A DNA stretch of 53,619 nucleotides, counting the filler, from Circinaria calcarea (Eukaryota), in NCBI GenBank assembly GCA_051942165.1. It is 2 parts of 2 records of this genome, joined end to end, with 100 filler letters (N's around TTAATTAATTAA, not from the genome) between each part and the next. Parts side by side here need not be neighbours in the genome. Positions count along the whole stretch, not along the records: positions 1 to 26,867 come from JAVECS010000074.1; 1 more part is not named here. One strand, 5' to 3'. Under the pieces are notes generated by a model that saw only the letters and a list, made by a program, of their open reading frames with translations, was not told the DNA's origin and did not search any database. Shown here in pieces: positions 1-13,617 of the stretch. The number at the start of each line of letters is the position of its first letter. The first letter of the stretch is position 1. The position numbers were made by a program, and so were the translations under genes.

Positions 1-24
1 ATACACCCACCATCATCCTCATCC

Positions 25-1985
25 TTACTCCACGATAATCTCCACGCTGGAAGACTGTCGTAACTCGTCGCTACCTCGCCCCTGGTGGCCATTTTGCCTT
101 CCCCTCGAGAAACCGGTGCCTCGATCCATTACCGGTCCACGAGGTTGTCTCATTGGCATACTCTGACCCCGATCTCTCGACTGATCATCATAATTCATAC
201 TGAAAGTGCGGTTGCTTCCAATGGGTCCGGTTGGTGGTCCCGGAGTATCTTGATCCCAAGAAAACATACCGCGAAGGCGTCGAGGGCTACCGCTGTTGGG
301 ACCGAGATTACTGCCGAGTGACATGGCCCCTAATCCGTTGACCAGTAAACTTTCCTCACGATGCTGACCTAAAGCTGAACCGGATGCAGTAGGCGTCAAG
401 GTCGGCGTGGTAGATGCCGCACTGCCAGGACCGTAATCTTGAAATCTTGCAATATTCGACGGTAGCGGGAAACTGGCCGAGGACGGTACGGGTGACGGAG
501 TGTAAGATCGCAAGTCTGCAAAAGACTTGGCGGCACGTAGGTTTTGTTGCGTACCAAACCCACCAGGTGAATCTGGTATGCCGAGGAACCCAGTCGACTG
601 CTGACCCCGGAGAGTATTGTACATGCCAGGATCTGAGCACCTGGCTTCACTGAATTCGGTCGTAGCTGCCCGATTAAGTGCACGACGTGACGCATCTCCC
701 TGTAAAGTAGGGAGTTGTGGTATCGGAGGGCTAATGTTACTGCCATGAGGAGAACGGAAAACGTGAACCTGTCGTTGCTCTCCATTACCGCGCGACATGT
801 GCTGGAGATGCATATGATGAGCCAAGGTATGTACAATCCGGCGTTGTTGCGGGGATAAATTGGATGGGAAAATCAAGGCCTCCCGGGATACGTCGTCGCG
901 AAATAAGAGAATTTGAGAATAGAATTGCAGTGTTTGAGGGTCGTTTAAATCTATCGGCGAGAGTGAGTTAGTTGTAGGTTCTATGGCGATGAAATCTTGC
1001 CAGTCTGCTTACCTGGCTTAGCACCTCGTGCCGAAACCGGCGACGGTGATGCTGCGGGAATATGTGAAGACAAAGATGACATGGATGGTTGACTGTGTAA
1101 CTGAGGTGTTGTGAGCGGTCGATGTTGTTCTTCGAGCTGTCCACGCCTCTCTCGCTTTTCCCGTTCGATGCGCTCCCTCTCCTGTAAAGGAAGCATCTTT
1201 TTGTACTCTACACGAAGTTTTCGACCATGCAACTCAAAATGATTGAGATTGTCAATGACCGCAGCCGTCTCATCTGCGGATGTAAAGTTGGCAAACGCAA
1301 GCCCACGAAATACTCCATTATCAAAATGGTAGTTGAAGGCGTATGGGAGTGGTAGATTCATCTGTGTCATTAGCTCCACCAGCTGTTCTTTCTTCACAGC
1401 GAAGGGTATATTCTTGATAACAATTGCAGTAGGTATCAGCTCTTCGTCTGGGTCCGGGATATAAGGTTCTGTACGAAGCTGCGGTCCTCCCAGAGGAGAT
1501 GGACCGAGGCCACCAAAAGCGTTCATGGTAGGCATGGGCGGCTGATGTTGATCGAGCCAAGTCTATAATCAACATTAGCCAATGGTAAGCAAACTTTGGA
1601 TGGTAGTGCACTGCATTAGGGTAAGACCAACCGTAGGTAGGGCACTTCGGCCGCGAGACGTAGACTTCATCCTCCCCGTCGCACCAAAATTATGGAAATT
1701 GTTCCCTCCTCCAAAAGCACCGGGATTCCAAGACTGAGATCCTGACAAATCATATCCGTAGCCGCCTCCCTGTACAGCGGCAGTCATCCTATCGAATCTA
1801 TTCGCGTCGTATCTGGCCCCATGGTCATCCGGTGTGTAGAGCGTGCTCGGCATCTGGCCGTAAGCGTCGAACTGGCGAGAAGGCTGCCGGTGGAGGGTCT
1901 GCTGCTGATGCCGATGAGAGCCCGGAGAACGGGAGGAGGTCTGGTCGTAATACATGTCTTGTTGATGATGATGATGATTATTCAT
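25..1985 (-). CDS. PIN4: RNA-binding protein with RRM and R3H domains (Pin4/Cip2-like), ~609 aa; exons 1985-1632, 1562-1013, 950-25
   Basis: RRM 'TAIVIKNIPFAVKKEQL...FRGLAFANF' and R3H 'LSPQQRRIVHTLAHHMHLQHMSRG'. Introns 1563-1631 (GTTGGT..CTAAT..TAG) and 951-1012 (GTAAGC..CTAAC..TAG) join the three ORFs in frame (1830 nt). Confidence 0.88.
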
Positions 1986-2659
1986 ATCGTTGACGGAACT
2001 GCTTTCTAATGCCAAGGAATGCAGCGCAAGTGGTGTCGGCACCGCGGCTGCAGAACCTCAAGGACCTTGGACGGTATAGTATCGAGTATTTATACACCGG
2101 GTCTATCCAGGCAGATGTATGGTTTGGTAACCCGTACGGCAAACTAAATATACAAGTGGGCCTACTCTGGCTCTTCTTCGGGGAGTGTACTTTGTAAGCG
2201 CACGGATGCAGAAGTTTCCTTTGGACCGGGTCGCGCAAGGTCGGCAGTGTCGGTCGATGTCTGTAATCTCTTCGTGAACGTGTCTTTCGTACTCGTCAAT
2301 CGTGTCTTGCGTAGGAGTCGTTACGAACCACCTTGGCGTGATGGTAGTTGGAAAGGAATGACGACCAAGAGGGAGCTGTAGCTGGTGCTGGTGCTGGTAC
2401 TGGTAGGGCAGTCCAGGTCGACGAGAGAGTGATCTGTTGAGGAAACCAAGGAGGTGCTTTGCCTTGGGAAGACGCAGCTTTTGGAGCTAAGACCGAGGCC
2501 CTTCTTGGCACGAAACGAGTCCTCTCTGGCTCCTGAGACGAAAGGCCGCCGGTCTTTACGATGACAGCTTCAGGCGCAAAGATGGAGCGGCGACACGGCC
2601 CATGATATGGATGATAGAGGATGCTCCAAGAAAGTGGACGGAAGGTTGTTGGAGGGCGT

Positions 2660-2686
2660 GGGAGTTGGGGAGTTGGGGAGTTGGGG
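2660..2686 (+). repeat. (GGGGAGTT)n short tandem repeat, G-quadruplex-type motif
   Basis: GGG-AGTT-GGGG-AGTT-GGGG-AGTT-GGGG read directly. Confidence 0.7.
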
Positions 2687-3558
2687 AGATGGAGATTCGA
2701 GGCACAACGTGGGAAGGGGAAGGCCTGCAGCTCTAAAGGTCGAATAGTATCGACGGGGCCACGCTAGTGCGACGAGCCCGGCGCGGGTCCAAGCAATCAG
2801 AAATTCGGGTCGTTAGGCCCAAAGGGGAAATGGGGGGAAATGAGCCAATGGAGAAGTATGACTATAGAGACTGGGATTTACTACGTATGGATGGGCTGGA
2901 TGGGCAGGATGGGCAGCATCAAATGGCATCGAGGATTTATTTTACCACCGTAGAACATGGGCCCAATAGCTTCCGACTCAACTGTCCCATCCGGAGCATT
3001 TACTCGTCGTTGGCTGACTCGATTGGTCTCAGGCCAAGTGAAAAGCGGCACGACTGGTCCTCCGGCCTTCGTTTGTGTGCTGCAGGCCATAGCACGGAAT
3101 GCACCTCGACGTCTAGCGGAGAGGGGGGCGAACCTGTGGATTCTCTGCAATCGTCCAATCCGATCCGGGGGCATCTGGCCGAAGTGCAATTGTTCGAGAA
3201 AACATCTCATTCACGGGGTCCAACGGTGGCTTTAGTCACGATATCTCAGCTGCTGTCGTCTAGATCCGGCCGGGGAAGATGGGCGGTACCATCCCCTTCC
3301 TTCCCTTTGGTTGGCGGAAGGGCCCGACTGTCTGTGACTGTCGAGAACTCTAGTTGTCGAGTCCTGGCCAATGATGCCGTTGGTGGTAGACAGTGAGGGA
3401 TCTGGGTCGCGATATCATTGTCTCATCACTGCAGCCGTGACAATCATCTGACTTGTAGTCGTCGTCGCTTCCCTCCTCACTCCAAGTGCCACGGTCCGAG
3501 CATTGCCTGTAAGGACAGGAAGCTACTCGGCAGACACATCACCCCTCTTTTCTCGCGC

Positions 3559-3653
3559 TTCTCACCCTTCTCACCCTTCTCACCCTTCTCCCGCCGTAAT
3601 GCTGGGCGCCGTGTTGCTGTTGCTGTTGCCGTTCCTGTTCCTGCTCCTGCTCC
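3559..3653. repeat. Low-complexity microsatellites: (TTCTCACCC)x3 and degenerate hexamers (GTTGCT/GTTCCT/GCTCCT)
   Basis: Read directly in the PIN4-HSF1 intergenic region. Confidence 0.7.
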
Positions 3654-4303
3654 TTGCGAGCACGGCGCTGCAGTCGCAATCACATCGACTCGGCTCCGTC
3701 AGCCTCTGTTTGTCCCGCATCGCAGCACGTCAAAGATGCACGGCGTGTGACGGGGACGCAGGAAAAAAGGATGTCAGGTTAGCATAAGTGTCGTCCGACT
3801 GCACGGCTGTTCCGTCGCCGTGGCCTTCTAGCGAACTTCTACCCGGACTCTAGCCGCCCCTCGACAGTCGACCAAAGGCCCTACCCCACCATCTGACTGG
3901 CTGTGCTCGTTCCTTCCCAGCTATCCCGATGCAGAGGTTCGTGCATGGGATACATGCGCCATCAAATCGACTCGGGGGAGATCGACCGGGGACCTTTTCG
4001 GTCATGTGACTTTATGGAGGGTGCGGGTGCAAGCGGAGGATCAATACGACACCCGGTGGTTGAACAGAATCCTCGGGGGAAAATGGAATGATTAATGATC
4101 GTTCCTGAATAGGAGCCTTTTCCTGCAATTGACTCACTGACAGCTCGATCGCGCCATGGTATGTTTCAATATGCCCTAAGCCCCCCATATCCATACCCCA
4201 AAATCATCGCTGCGTTCCACATGACCTGAATCATTATGTTCATCACCAACCAAAACAAAGCCTTTCTACACATGCGCCTGCGCAACCCGAGCCCCTGGAC
4301 CCC

Positions 4304-6658
4304 TTAATTCCGCCGCCTTTTCTTCCGCGGACTCCTCCCGTCCTCCCCCCCGCCGCCATCGATGACAGTATTGGCGGGACTGGTGGCTTCGCTACTGTTG
4401 CCCGTCTCCACTATCCTCACCCCTGTCCTAGCGTGATCGGTGACATCGAACCCGTTGGAGAACCCAGGGTTGTCGTAACTGTCAAAGTTGAAGTCGGTTC
4501 CGCCGCCAAAGTCCACGCTTCCGTTACCGAAGTCGAGATCAGCCACGCTGGCGGTTTCGTTGAAGTAGTCGCCGCTATTGAATATCTGGTCGAGGTCCAA
4601 GGGATCGGAATTACCTTGTCCGCCGTATCCCTGGGGATCCGTCAGACCCGGGATCGATCCCGAGGGACTGAGTGGTTGCACCATGCTTGAAAGATTGGCT
4701 ACTTTGGATTCCTGTTCTCTCAGTGTCTTTTCGAGGAAGTCCAGCTCTTCTTTTGTAGCGTTCCAGTGGGAAATACCAGGCATGGGTATCTCAGGCGGGC
4801 TTGGGGATGTAAGAGCGTCCTGGTTGTTGGTGATGTTGTTGTTGCCATTGACATTTGTGCCTGCACCTCCATTTGCAATCAGTTGAAGCACGTTGTTACG
4901 TTGATCCTGGGTCAAGGGAGATTTTCCATCCGCTGTCTGGATGTGTGAAAGTGCCTGTGGAAAGTCCATTCGATTGTTGAGGAAAGTGGTGTCGCTAGCA
5001 TTCGCAGAGTTGATGATTGACAGTATGTCTCTCTCTGGTGGTTGAGTGCCTCCATCATCCCTCCCAGTAAATTGTGGGCTCTGAGAGGCACCATCCAAAG
5101 GACCTTGGTCCAGTTTGTTTCGTTCGGGTTCGTATGTGTTAGATGAGGATGACTCTACAGGACGGTACCCATTGGACGGCTCTCGAGTAATCGATGGTCT
5201 GTTCTGGGACTGTTCCGAAAAACCGGAAGCAGCTGGCGAAGTAGTTGTGTCTCTGCTCGCAGGATCGTTCGGTGGTGGAGCTTGCAGAAGCAGTGGTTGC
5301 CTTCGGATTGGTCTCCGTGGTTGGCCATTCGGAGTACCAACATCCGAATTGGGATAATCGCCTATGTCTACGACATTGCCCTGGTTCTGGATCCCATGTG
5401 GGATTGCACCCGTAAACATGTCTGCCAGATTTTGCGCGTTGTGTCCTTCTAGGCTGCGATTGTAGATCGTTGCTAGGAAGGTCAATATAGCGTTGATCGA
5501 GTTTTCATGCCGATTATGTAGCTCCTGGAACGCAGCAGCTTGGTGTTCGTGATCCCGTTTCAGCTTCTGGATTGCACCTTGAATCATCTGTTGATGTTGT
5601 CTTACCGCCTGAAGCTCTCGTTGTACAGCAGCAAGCTCCTCGGCAGGTAAGTTTCCCCCTCCTCCTTGACCTATCATTAAAGGATGTCGTCCGGCGCGCA
5701 AATTGGGTACGTTCTCCTCGACTCCCTGATTCATGGGTCCAGGACTATCGACATCGTATAGCTCCTCGGCACCGTCATCAAGGATAACCTCATCTTGCTT
5801 TGGTCTAGATCCTCCCTTGCCTTTTCCTTGCGTACCCTTTGGCTTTTGTATGAGCCATAACAAATTCGGCCGGCCACGTTTGAAATAAGGATTATAATAT
5901 TCGCTCGGACTTTTGTTCTTTTTCTCGCTGGCTCGCATGGAATTGTCAGATAAGCCAACCTTCTTGTGGAATCCGTACATGTTGAGCTGCCGTACAAAAG
6001 ACGCATAATTGTTATGCTTGAAGAGTTCTGGGATGAGAGTCTTAGCAAATTCGTCTTCGTCCACCACGATGAACGAATCGCCGCTAGAAGACCAGCGGAT
6101 AAGTTCAGTATTCCGCGATTCATCAAGAAAGCTGTAAAGGTCTCCTATTAGCTAAACCTAACAGAGCGGATTCAGGCGCACTTACCTGCTTAGCTTTTGT
6201 ACAAATGGAGGAATCAATTTTCGCCTGGTCTGGGCATCGCGCTTTGCGGCCATAGCCTTTTGCTCCAAGTTGTCATCATCTTTGACCCAATTCTCTTCTC
6301 TTGGCGGTTGAAGCGCACCATTTGTATAGCCCGGCCAAGTCTCGCTCTCACCATTGGTGAAAGGGCTCCCACGGGTAAGTATACGCTGGCTTGCGGGCCT
6401 TCGGGTGAGCTGGTTGGATGGTTCGGAGGGCCTCACCTGGGCTTGGGCGAATGTGTTGTAAATATTAGGATTGAAGCTGCCGGATGGGTCGGGATAGGTG
6501 GATGTACCATTACTCCCACTGTCTGCGCCCCATTGCATTGCTTGCTCATTTGAAACTGCCGGCGAGTTCATGCTGTAATGTGATGATGGTTGTGCCTGCG
6601 GCTTGGCTATTGGTGAAGTCCCCGGTGCAGGACGTTTTCGAGAGCCTCCTTGGGGCAT
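4304..6658 (-). CDS. HSF1: Heat shock transcription factor, ~766 aa; exons 6658-6186, 6131-4304
   Basis: HSF DNA-binding domain 'PPFVQKLSS|FLDESRNTELIRWS...FKHNNYASFVRQLNMYGFHKK', restored by a 54-nt intron 6132-6185. It is followed by a coiled-coil trimerisation region and a C-terminal KKRRR basic signal. Confidence 0.92.
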
Positions 6659-7445
6659 TGCAAACGCAAAGGCTCCTCGGGATATGCAGAGTGCCTAGTT
6701 TCCCATTTGCTATCACTGCAAGTGGAGAACCGCTGTGGCATCCGATCCCAAGCCTCATGCAACTCTCCAGTGCGCCGCAAGTTCTCGAGCTTCAGCCGTA
6801 GTAACAGAGATGATGTTGGAAGCGCCGGAGTAGATGGTGGTAACAACCTAAAAAGAGAAATCGATCGTAAATCAGCTATCTATTGCTCAACAAGGCGTTA
6901 ATGTAGTGAACATGGTCCGGCGCGTTGAAAGGGAAGGCTGTCGTCAATGTTTGGCGAACTGGGCTCTTCCTGATGGATCTATTGTTCTAGACACCTATCG
7001 ACCTGAGACATGTAGCTTTGAAGCGGCCTATTGTCTATATGCAAGATAGGCGGTGGCTCGGAAAGGTGCAGAAAGAAAGGTCATTCAGGTAGCTGGAAGA
7101 TGGCTGAACGAGACAGGCTGCTCTAGACGCAGTCGTCAAGACGTAATTATCAAAGGCGTAGGAAGTATCAACAAGGGCTGAGGGGTATGTCAATGTTTAA
7201 GCTAAAGGGCTTTGCTGAGGTGCGATGGTAAAAATATAGGTAACCTTTCACAGGACGTTCCGGTGATATCAGACCTCTATCCTCGCTATGTAATTCGGTA
7301 CCTCTGAGAGACAGCGTTTTGATTGGTCGGATTTGGTAGATAAATGTACAAATGTTCCGAACGTCTAGATTGCATTGCAAGCGTTAGGAAAAATGGAGCA
7401 GTCTAAGCGGCTGCTATAAGATTTGTGGCCAACTGTTCTACGGAA

Positions 7446-9035
7446 TTATCCACGCTCAGCAATCCTCCTATCCGGCGCCTGGCCCCTGTCACGATCCCAT
7501 GCTCTAGTGCTGGTTAACCCCTTTGCCAACCGTTTTGCTTTCTGGTCCTCTTTGATGTCCTTGGCTTTCTCCCGCGGATCTATAACGACGAGCTCCTCTT
7601 CGTTTTTCCTCTTCCAGGTCAGATCCTTACCCAAGCGATCCTTTTCAAACGTCAAGACATGTGACATCCATCCTTTTCCGTCCTCATCTTCGGGTTCGAC
7701 ATTGTCATTCATGTGCTGGTCCCACGATTGACATGACTGACAGTTTGCGATGAAATGCAGATCACATAGATGGGCTTCTTCGTCGTCCTCGATAGCTCCA
7801 TCTCCGTTAGTATCACCGCTAATCATAGGTCGTTCATCCCTTGGCTCCTGAATCGGAGAGTCTTGCGAAGGAGCTTCTGGTGGCGCCTTATCGAGCTTTT
7901 CCCGAAATGCAGCCAAGATCTCTAAAGCTCGTGTGTCCCCTGATGAGTTACCATTGGCTCCGTGTTTACGCTTCCGGCCGCGTATTGATGTTTCCGGCAT
8001 CATTTGCTCAAGAGCTGATTTCTTACGTCGGGATTCAGGAGGTGCAGACGGAACACTCCGCTTCATAGAAGCCTTCAACTCGACGATTTGAGCATTGGTA
8101 TGGTCTAGTAGTGAGGATACTTTCTTAACCTCCGTGGGCTCTGGGGAAGTCGAGGGATCCCGAGATGGGTTCTCGTAATTGGGTAAGGGTAATTGCGTTT
8201 CTGGGTGTGAATTTAGCTTTGGTGGCGGAGAAGCTGATTTGGTATATTCTCTTCGTATAGCTTTCCGTAGGTTCTCCTGAGGTGCCATAACCTCCTTGGT
8301 AATATCAATTGTGTCAGTAGACCCAGGTGCCGCAACAATGAGTTTCGTATTGAACTTGACTTTAGTTGTAACGGACGGCACTAAGTCCTCCGCTTCCTCT
8401 CCAAAACTCAAAAGCGTCTTCGGCGCTTTCTTTGGTTTCTTCTTGTCATGCCGCTTCTCCTTGACCAATTTAGCCGCAGATGGTACTTCTCTAGCAACCA
8501 TGCCCTCGAACGGGTTCACCAAGACCTCCGCTCCTGTAATTGTTGTAGGGTACAATGGTCTTTCGCTGCCCTCTGTGCCTACTAAGCCAGATTCTCCCAT
8601 TTTAATCAAGTTATAGATCGTATCTCCAACAACACGGCCAAACATGGTATTCTTCCCGTTAAGCTCCTCCGTTTTTCCCAGAGTCAGAAAGAATTGACTC
8701 CCATTATCGTCTTTCTTTCCACTGTTGGCCATGCCCAGTAAACCTCTCCGATTAAACTTGAGCCGACTGTGAAACTCGTCCGCAAAGAGTCCGCCATCGT
8801 AAATGGCTTCGCCCCCTTCCCCTGTTCCGGTCGGATCACCTCCCTGGATAATAAAGCCAGGAACCAGTCGATGAAAGACTGTGCCGTTGTAGTAGCCATC
8901 GAGACAGAGCTGCAGAAAATTCCGCGATGCAAGAGGAGTCTGCTTTCCGAAAAGCTCAAGGAGAATATCGCCGGAGGTGGTTTGTAGGAAAACTTTGGCA
9001 GTTGGTTGTGGTTCGAGATTGTAGAGAGCGCTCAT
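7446..9035 (-). CDS. CWC27: Spliceosomal cyclophilin-type peptidyl-prolyl isomerase Cwc27, 529 aa, single exon
   Basis: N-terminus 'MSALYNLEPQPTAKV', cyclophilin motif 'FHRLVPGFIIQGGDPTGTG', fungal 'CDLHFIANCQSC' and 'WMSHVLTF...VVIDPREK' C-terminal motifs. Confidence 0.92.
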   Translation of the reverse strand: MSALYNLEPQPTAKVFLQTTSGDILLELFGKQTPLASRNFLQLCLDGYYNGTVFHRLVPGFIIQGGDPTGTGEGGEAIYDGGLFADEFHSRLKFNRRGLLGMANSGKKDDNGSQFFLTLGKTEELNGKNTMFGRVVGDTIYNLIKMGESGLVGTEGSERPLYPTTITGAEVLVNPFEGMVAREVPSAAKLVKEKRHDKKKPKKAPKTLLSFGEEAEDLVPSVTTKVKFNTKLIVAAPGSTDTIDITKEVMAPQENLRKAIRREYTKSASPPPKLNSHPETQLPLPNYENPSRDPSTSPEPTEVKKVSSLLDHTNAQIVELKASMKRSVPSAPPESRRKKSALEQMMPETSIRGRKRKHGANGNSSGDTRALEILAAFREKLDKAPPEAPSQDSPIQEPRDERPMISGDTNGDGAIEDDEEAHLCDLHFIANCQSCQSWDQHMNDNVEPEDEDGKGWMSHVLTFEKDRLGKDLTWKRKNEEELVVIDPREKAKDIKEDQKAKRLAKGLTSTRAWDRDRGQAPDRRIAERG

Positions 9036-9308
9036 TTTGACTTGATGGATTTCGATCTACGCTCTAAGATCGTAGCCAATGGTACTCACTATAAAATCCT
9101 TAGAGAAGCTTTCCTTCCGACAGAACAAGAAGAGCGTCAGCCCTACGAGGTAATCTGGATCCCTGCAGTTCCACCCCGCGGCAGGTCCTCTGACGTTCTC
9201 GGCAGGGAAATTAGGACTGATACGTCTACTCCGTACATGCACTCGATTTGTATATACATCTATCAATCTTACATAAATCTATCGGATTAAAGGCACCTGA
9301 ACTTGCTG

Positions 9309-10078
9309 ATGACGGAACTCTCTTTCGCAAAGTCCTTCCTCGCCATTCTTGACTCCCGGCCCATCAAGCTACAATCCGACTATGCGGCCGATCCCAAGAT
9401 CTTTGAGCCGAAAGGCCCTGTCAGTATCCTTCAATTACCTTCCAAGATGAACGGCCTTCATGAGTGCCTCTGCTGTCAAACTAACATTGGCAGTACACTC
9501 TCCCCCGCATGCCCCACCCCATGCGCCGGCCTTCCAAACCCGCTGCTCCTGGCTCAGCGCCTACTCTTACGGTCTCACTCAGATCGATACGAAATCCCCC
9601 ATTGGACATATCGCTGCGCTCACAGCCCTTAACGACTAGCGTCCTAGATCTCAAGCAGGCGGTGGTAGAGAACATTGGTAACACCAGCACCGAAAAGATC
9701 AAATTACTATACAAGAAGAAACCATGCTCTGATTCAAAGTCGCTGAAAGATGTTGTGGGAGATGAGGTGCCTCCGGGCGGAGAGGCAGAGTTCAGCGTTA
9801 TGATCATGGGAGGGGCGGCGAGCGGAGAGAAGCCGGATCCCAGTGCTGGAACATCGCCGGATGTAGTGATGGGAGGTACGGGATCAGCAGGAGAACAGAC
9901 AAAGGATGATGCGCCTATCGCTCAGGGTATGAGTGGAAAAAGGGTACTGGATACGGAAGAGTTTTGGAATGACCTGCAGGGATTTTTGACGCAGCGGATA
10001 AGGGACCAAGAAGTGGCAGAAGAGGCACTGAAGTTGTTTAGGAGTGCTTGGAGCTTTGCTGACGGTGGCCAAGTATAG
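9309..10078 (+). CDS. GET5: Get5/Mdy2-like ubiquitin-fold protein, ~231 aa; exons 9309-9419, 9494-10078
   Basis: Get4-binding-type N-terminus 'ELSFAKSFLAILDSRPIKLQSDY', ubiquitin-like core 'SVLDLKQAV..EKIKLLYKKKP', C-terminal 'EEFWNDLQGFL..R' dimerisation motif. Intron GTCAGT..CTAAC..CAG at 9420-9493. Confidence 0.8.
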
Positions 10079-10273
10079 TATCAACCTCTCCGGTAGGCTG
10101 GAGATTCTTGAGATAAACATGTATGAAGCCACGATAATCCAGTACATTCGTCGAAATCATAAAACTCTCCTAAGCAGTGGGACAGGTCTATGTAGCGATC
10201 TGGACTCGCCCATAAGGCATTTCAACCTTTCAAAATTCCCTCAGACTATGAATGCATCACTCGTTCCCTTAGC

Positions 10274-11037
10274 TCACCGTCGGCCCTTTATGATATCCTT
10301 GAGTATTGTAGCATATTCGATCTCATCGTCACGATTTGCTTGTACTTCGGCGGCGATACCATTCAGTGCACTTTTTAGCGCTTCCTTGGAGGATGCATAT
10401 GTCATTCGCGGCTGTGCAAGAATCAGCTCCATCTAAGTATTTTTCTCGAGAGGATAATTACTCACAAAAACCAGAGTGCCCTCATCGGGAGACCAGGAGA
10501 TGAATGCGATTTTGTTCCTATTCCAATGTTAGCTTCAAGGCTTTTTTGTGTAAGGTTGAGCTTGGTAAGAATACCGCTTGCCCTCGCTTGCATCGAGCTC
10601 ATACTCGAGATCATAGACCGCATATCTTGGTCCTTTACCTTCTTTTCCTTTGTAGCTCGCTTTGGCATTCATGAGCTTCGATTGGAAAGTTTCCCAGTCG
10701 CCATCTCCTGATGTCTCTTCCACAACGATTTCCTTGTAGTCATCTGAGAGCTTGTAGATGATGTACTTGATTTTGTCTTTGCCTTTGCCGCTGCCGAGTT
10801 TGAGCTCATTGAAGGCAGTTATGCACTCTGGCGCTACGGATATCCTAGATAGGATTCTGTTAGCAAATCTGTCGAAGGCACTTCTTTGTCTGATTTTGGC
10901 CGCGGCGGGATCCCCAGCAAGGTAGTGAGCAAGGGTAGATAGATTGAATGGGTCTGACGTACCCGGATTTACTCTATCACGACGAATACTATGTTAGACA
11001 ATAGATAGCACAGCACGGAAAGAAGAAGACATACCAT
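10274..11037 (-). CDS. COF1: Cofilin/ADF, 157 aa; exons 11037-11035, 10973-10963, 10844-10575, 10517-10466, 10411-10274
   Basis: Spliced product 'MSKSGISVAPECITAFNELKL...KYIIYKLSDDYKEIVVE...PRYAVYDLEY...RNKIAFISWSPD...RMTYASSKEALKSALNG'. Four canonical introns, total 474 nt. Confidence 0.92.
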
Positions 11038-11675
11038 GATGATAGCCTAAAGGAAGTTAAGGGAGAGCGCAAATGTTAAAAGAAGCCCTCTGGGTGGGGT
11101 GCCTTTATTAGCGCAGGGAGAGATAGGCTCCAGCGTAAGGGATGACGAGTACCCTCGAGAGAGGCGAGAGAGTGAAGTTCTTGGAGGCAATCTCAACGAT
11201 TGATGAAGCCTTGTGATTTGATTTTCGGATTTTGATTGATGGGTAGGAAACAACTGATACCGTTGTGGCTTAGTGAGCGAGTGATCCCCGGTACTACGAG
11301 AAGGTGTGAAGTGGTGGGGCTTTGCGGTTTAGCCCCGGCAAAGCATGTCAAGCACGAAGCTACGGGGAAAGAAGCTGATCCCATTGGACTGTATCCCAGA
11401 AGATGGGAGAATGTATCAAAACCTCATGGCTATAAACATATTGACTCCATTACAAAGGCTTTGCTAATTATCTTATTACTACACGATCTAGTACAGGTGT
11501 ATAAATACATGTTGCAACGCTTTTGCCACGCTAGGTAGAAAGACAAACTAAGAAGGGAGGTTGAGTAGAGTTGCTTGGTGGGAATGCAGCATCGCTCACA
11601 AATCCAGAGGTATTGACTCGACGCCATAACGCATAGAGAACATTGGAGTATCGACGACCGAGTGGGGGTAAGATC

Positions 11676-13617
<1,942 letters not shown>

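Noticed and set aside
2767..3396. 209-aa plus-strand ORF in the PIN4-HSF1 intergenic region
   Set aside because: GTG start, no domain, and overlapping ORFs in several frames typical of GC-rich non-coding DNA.
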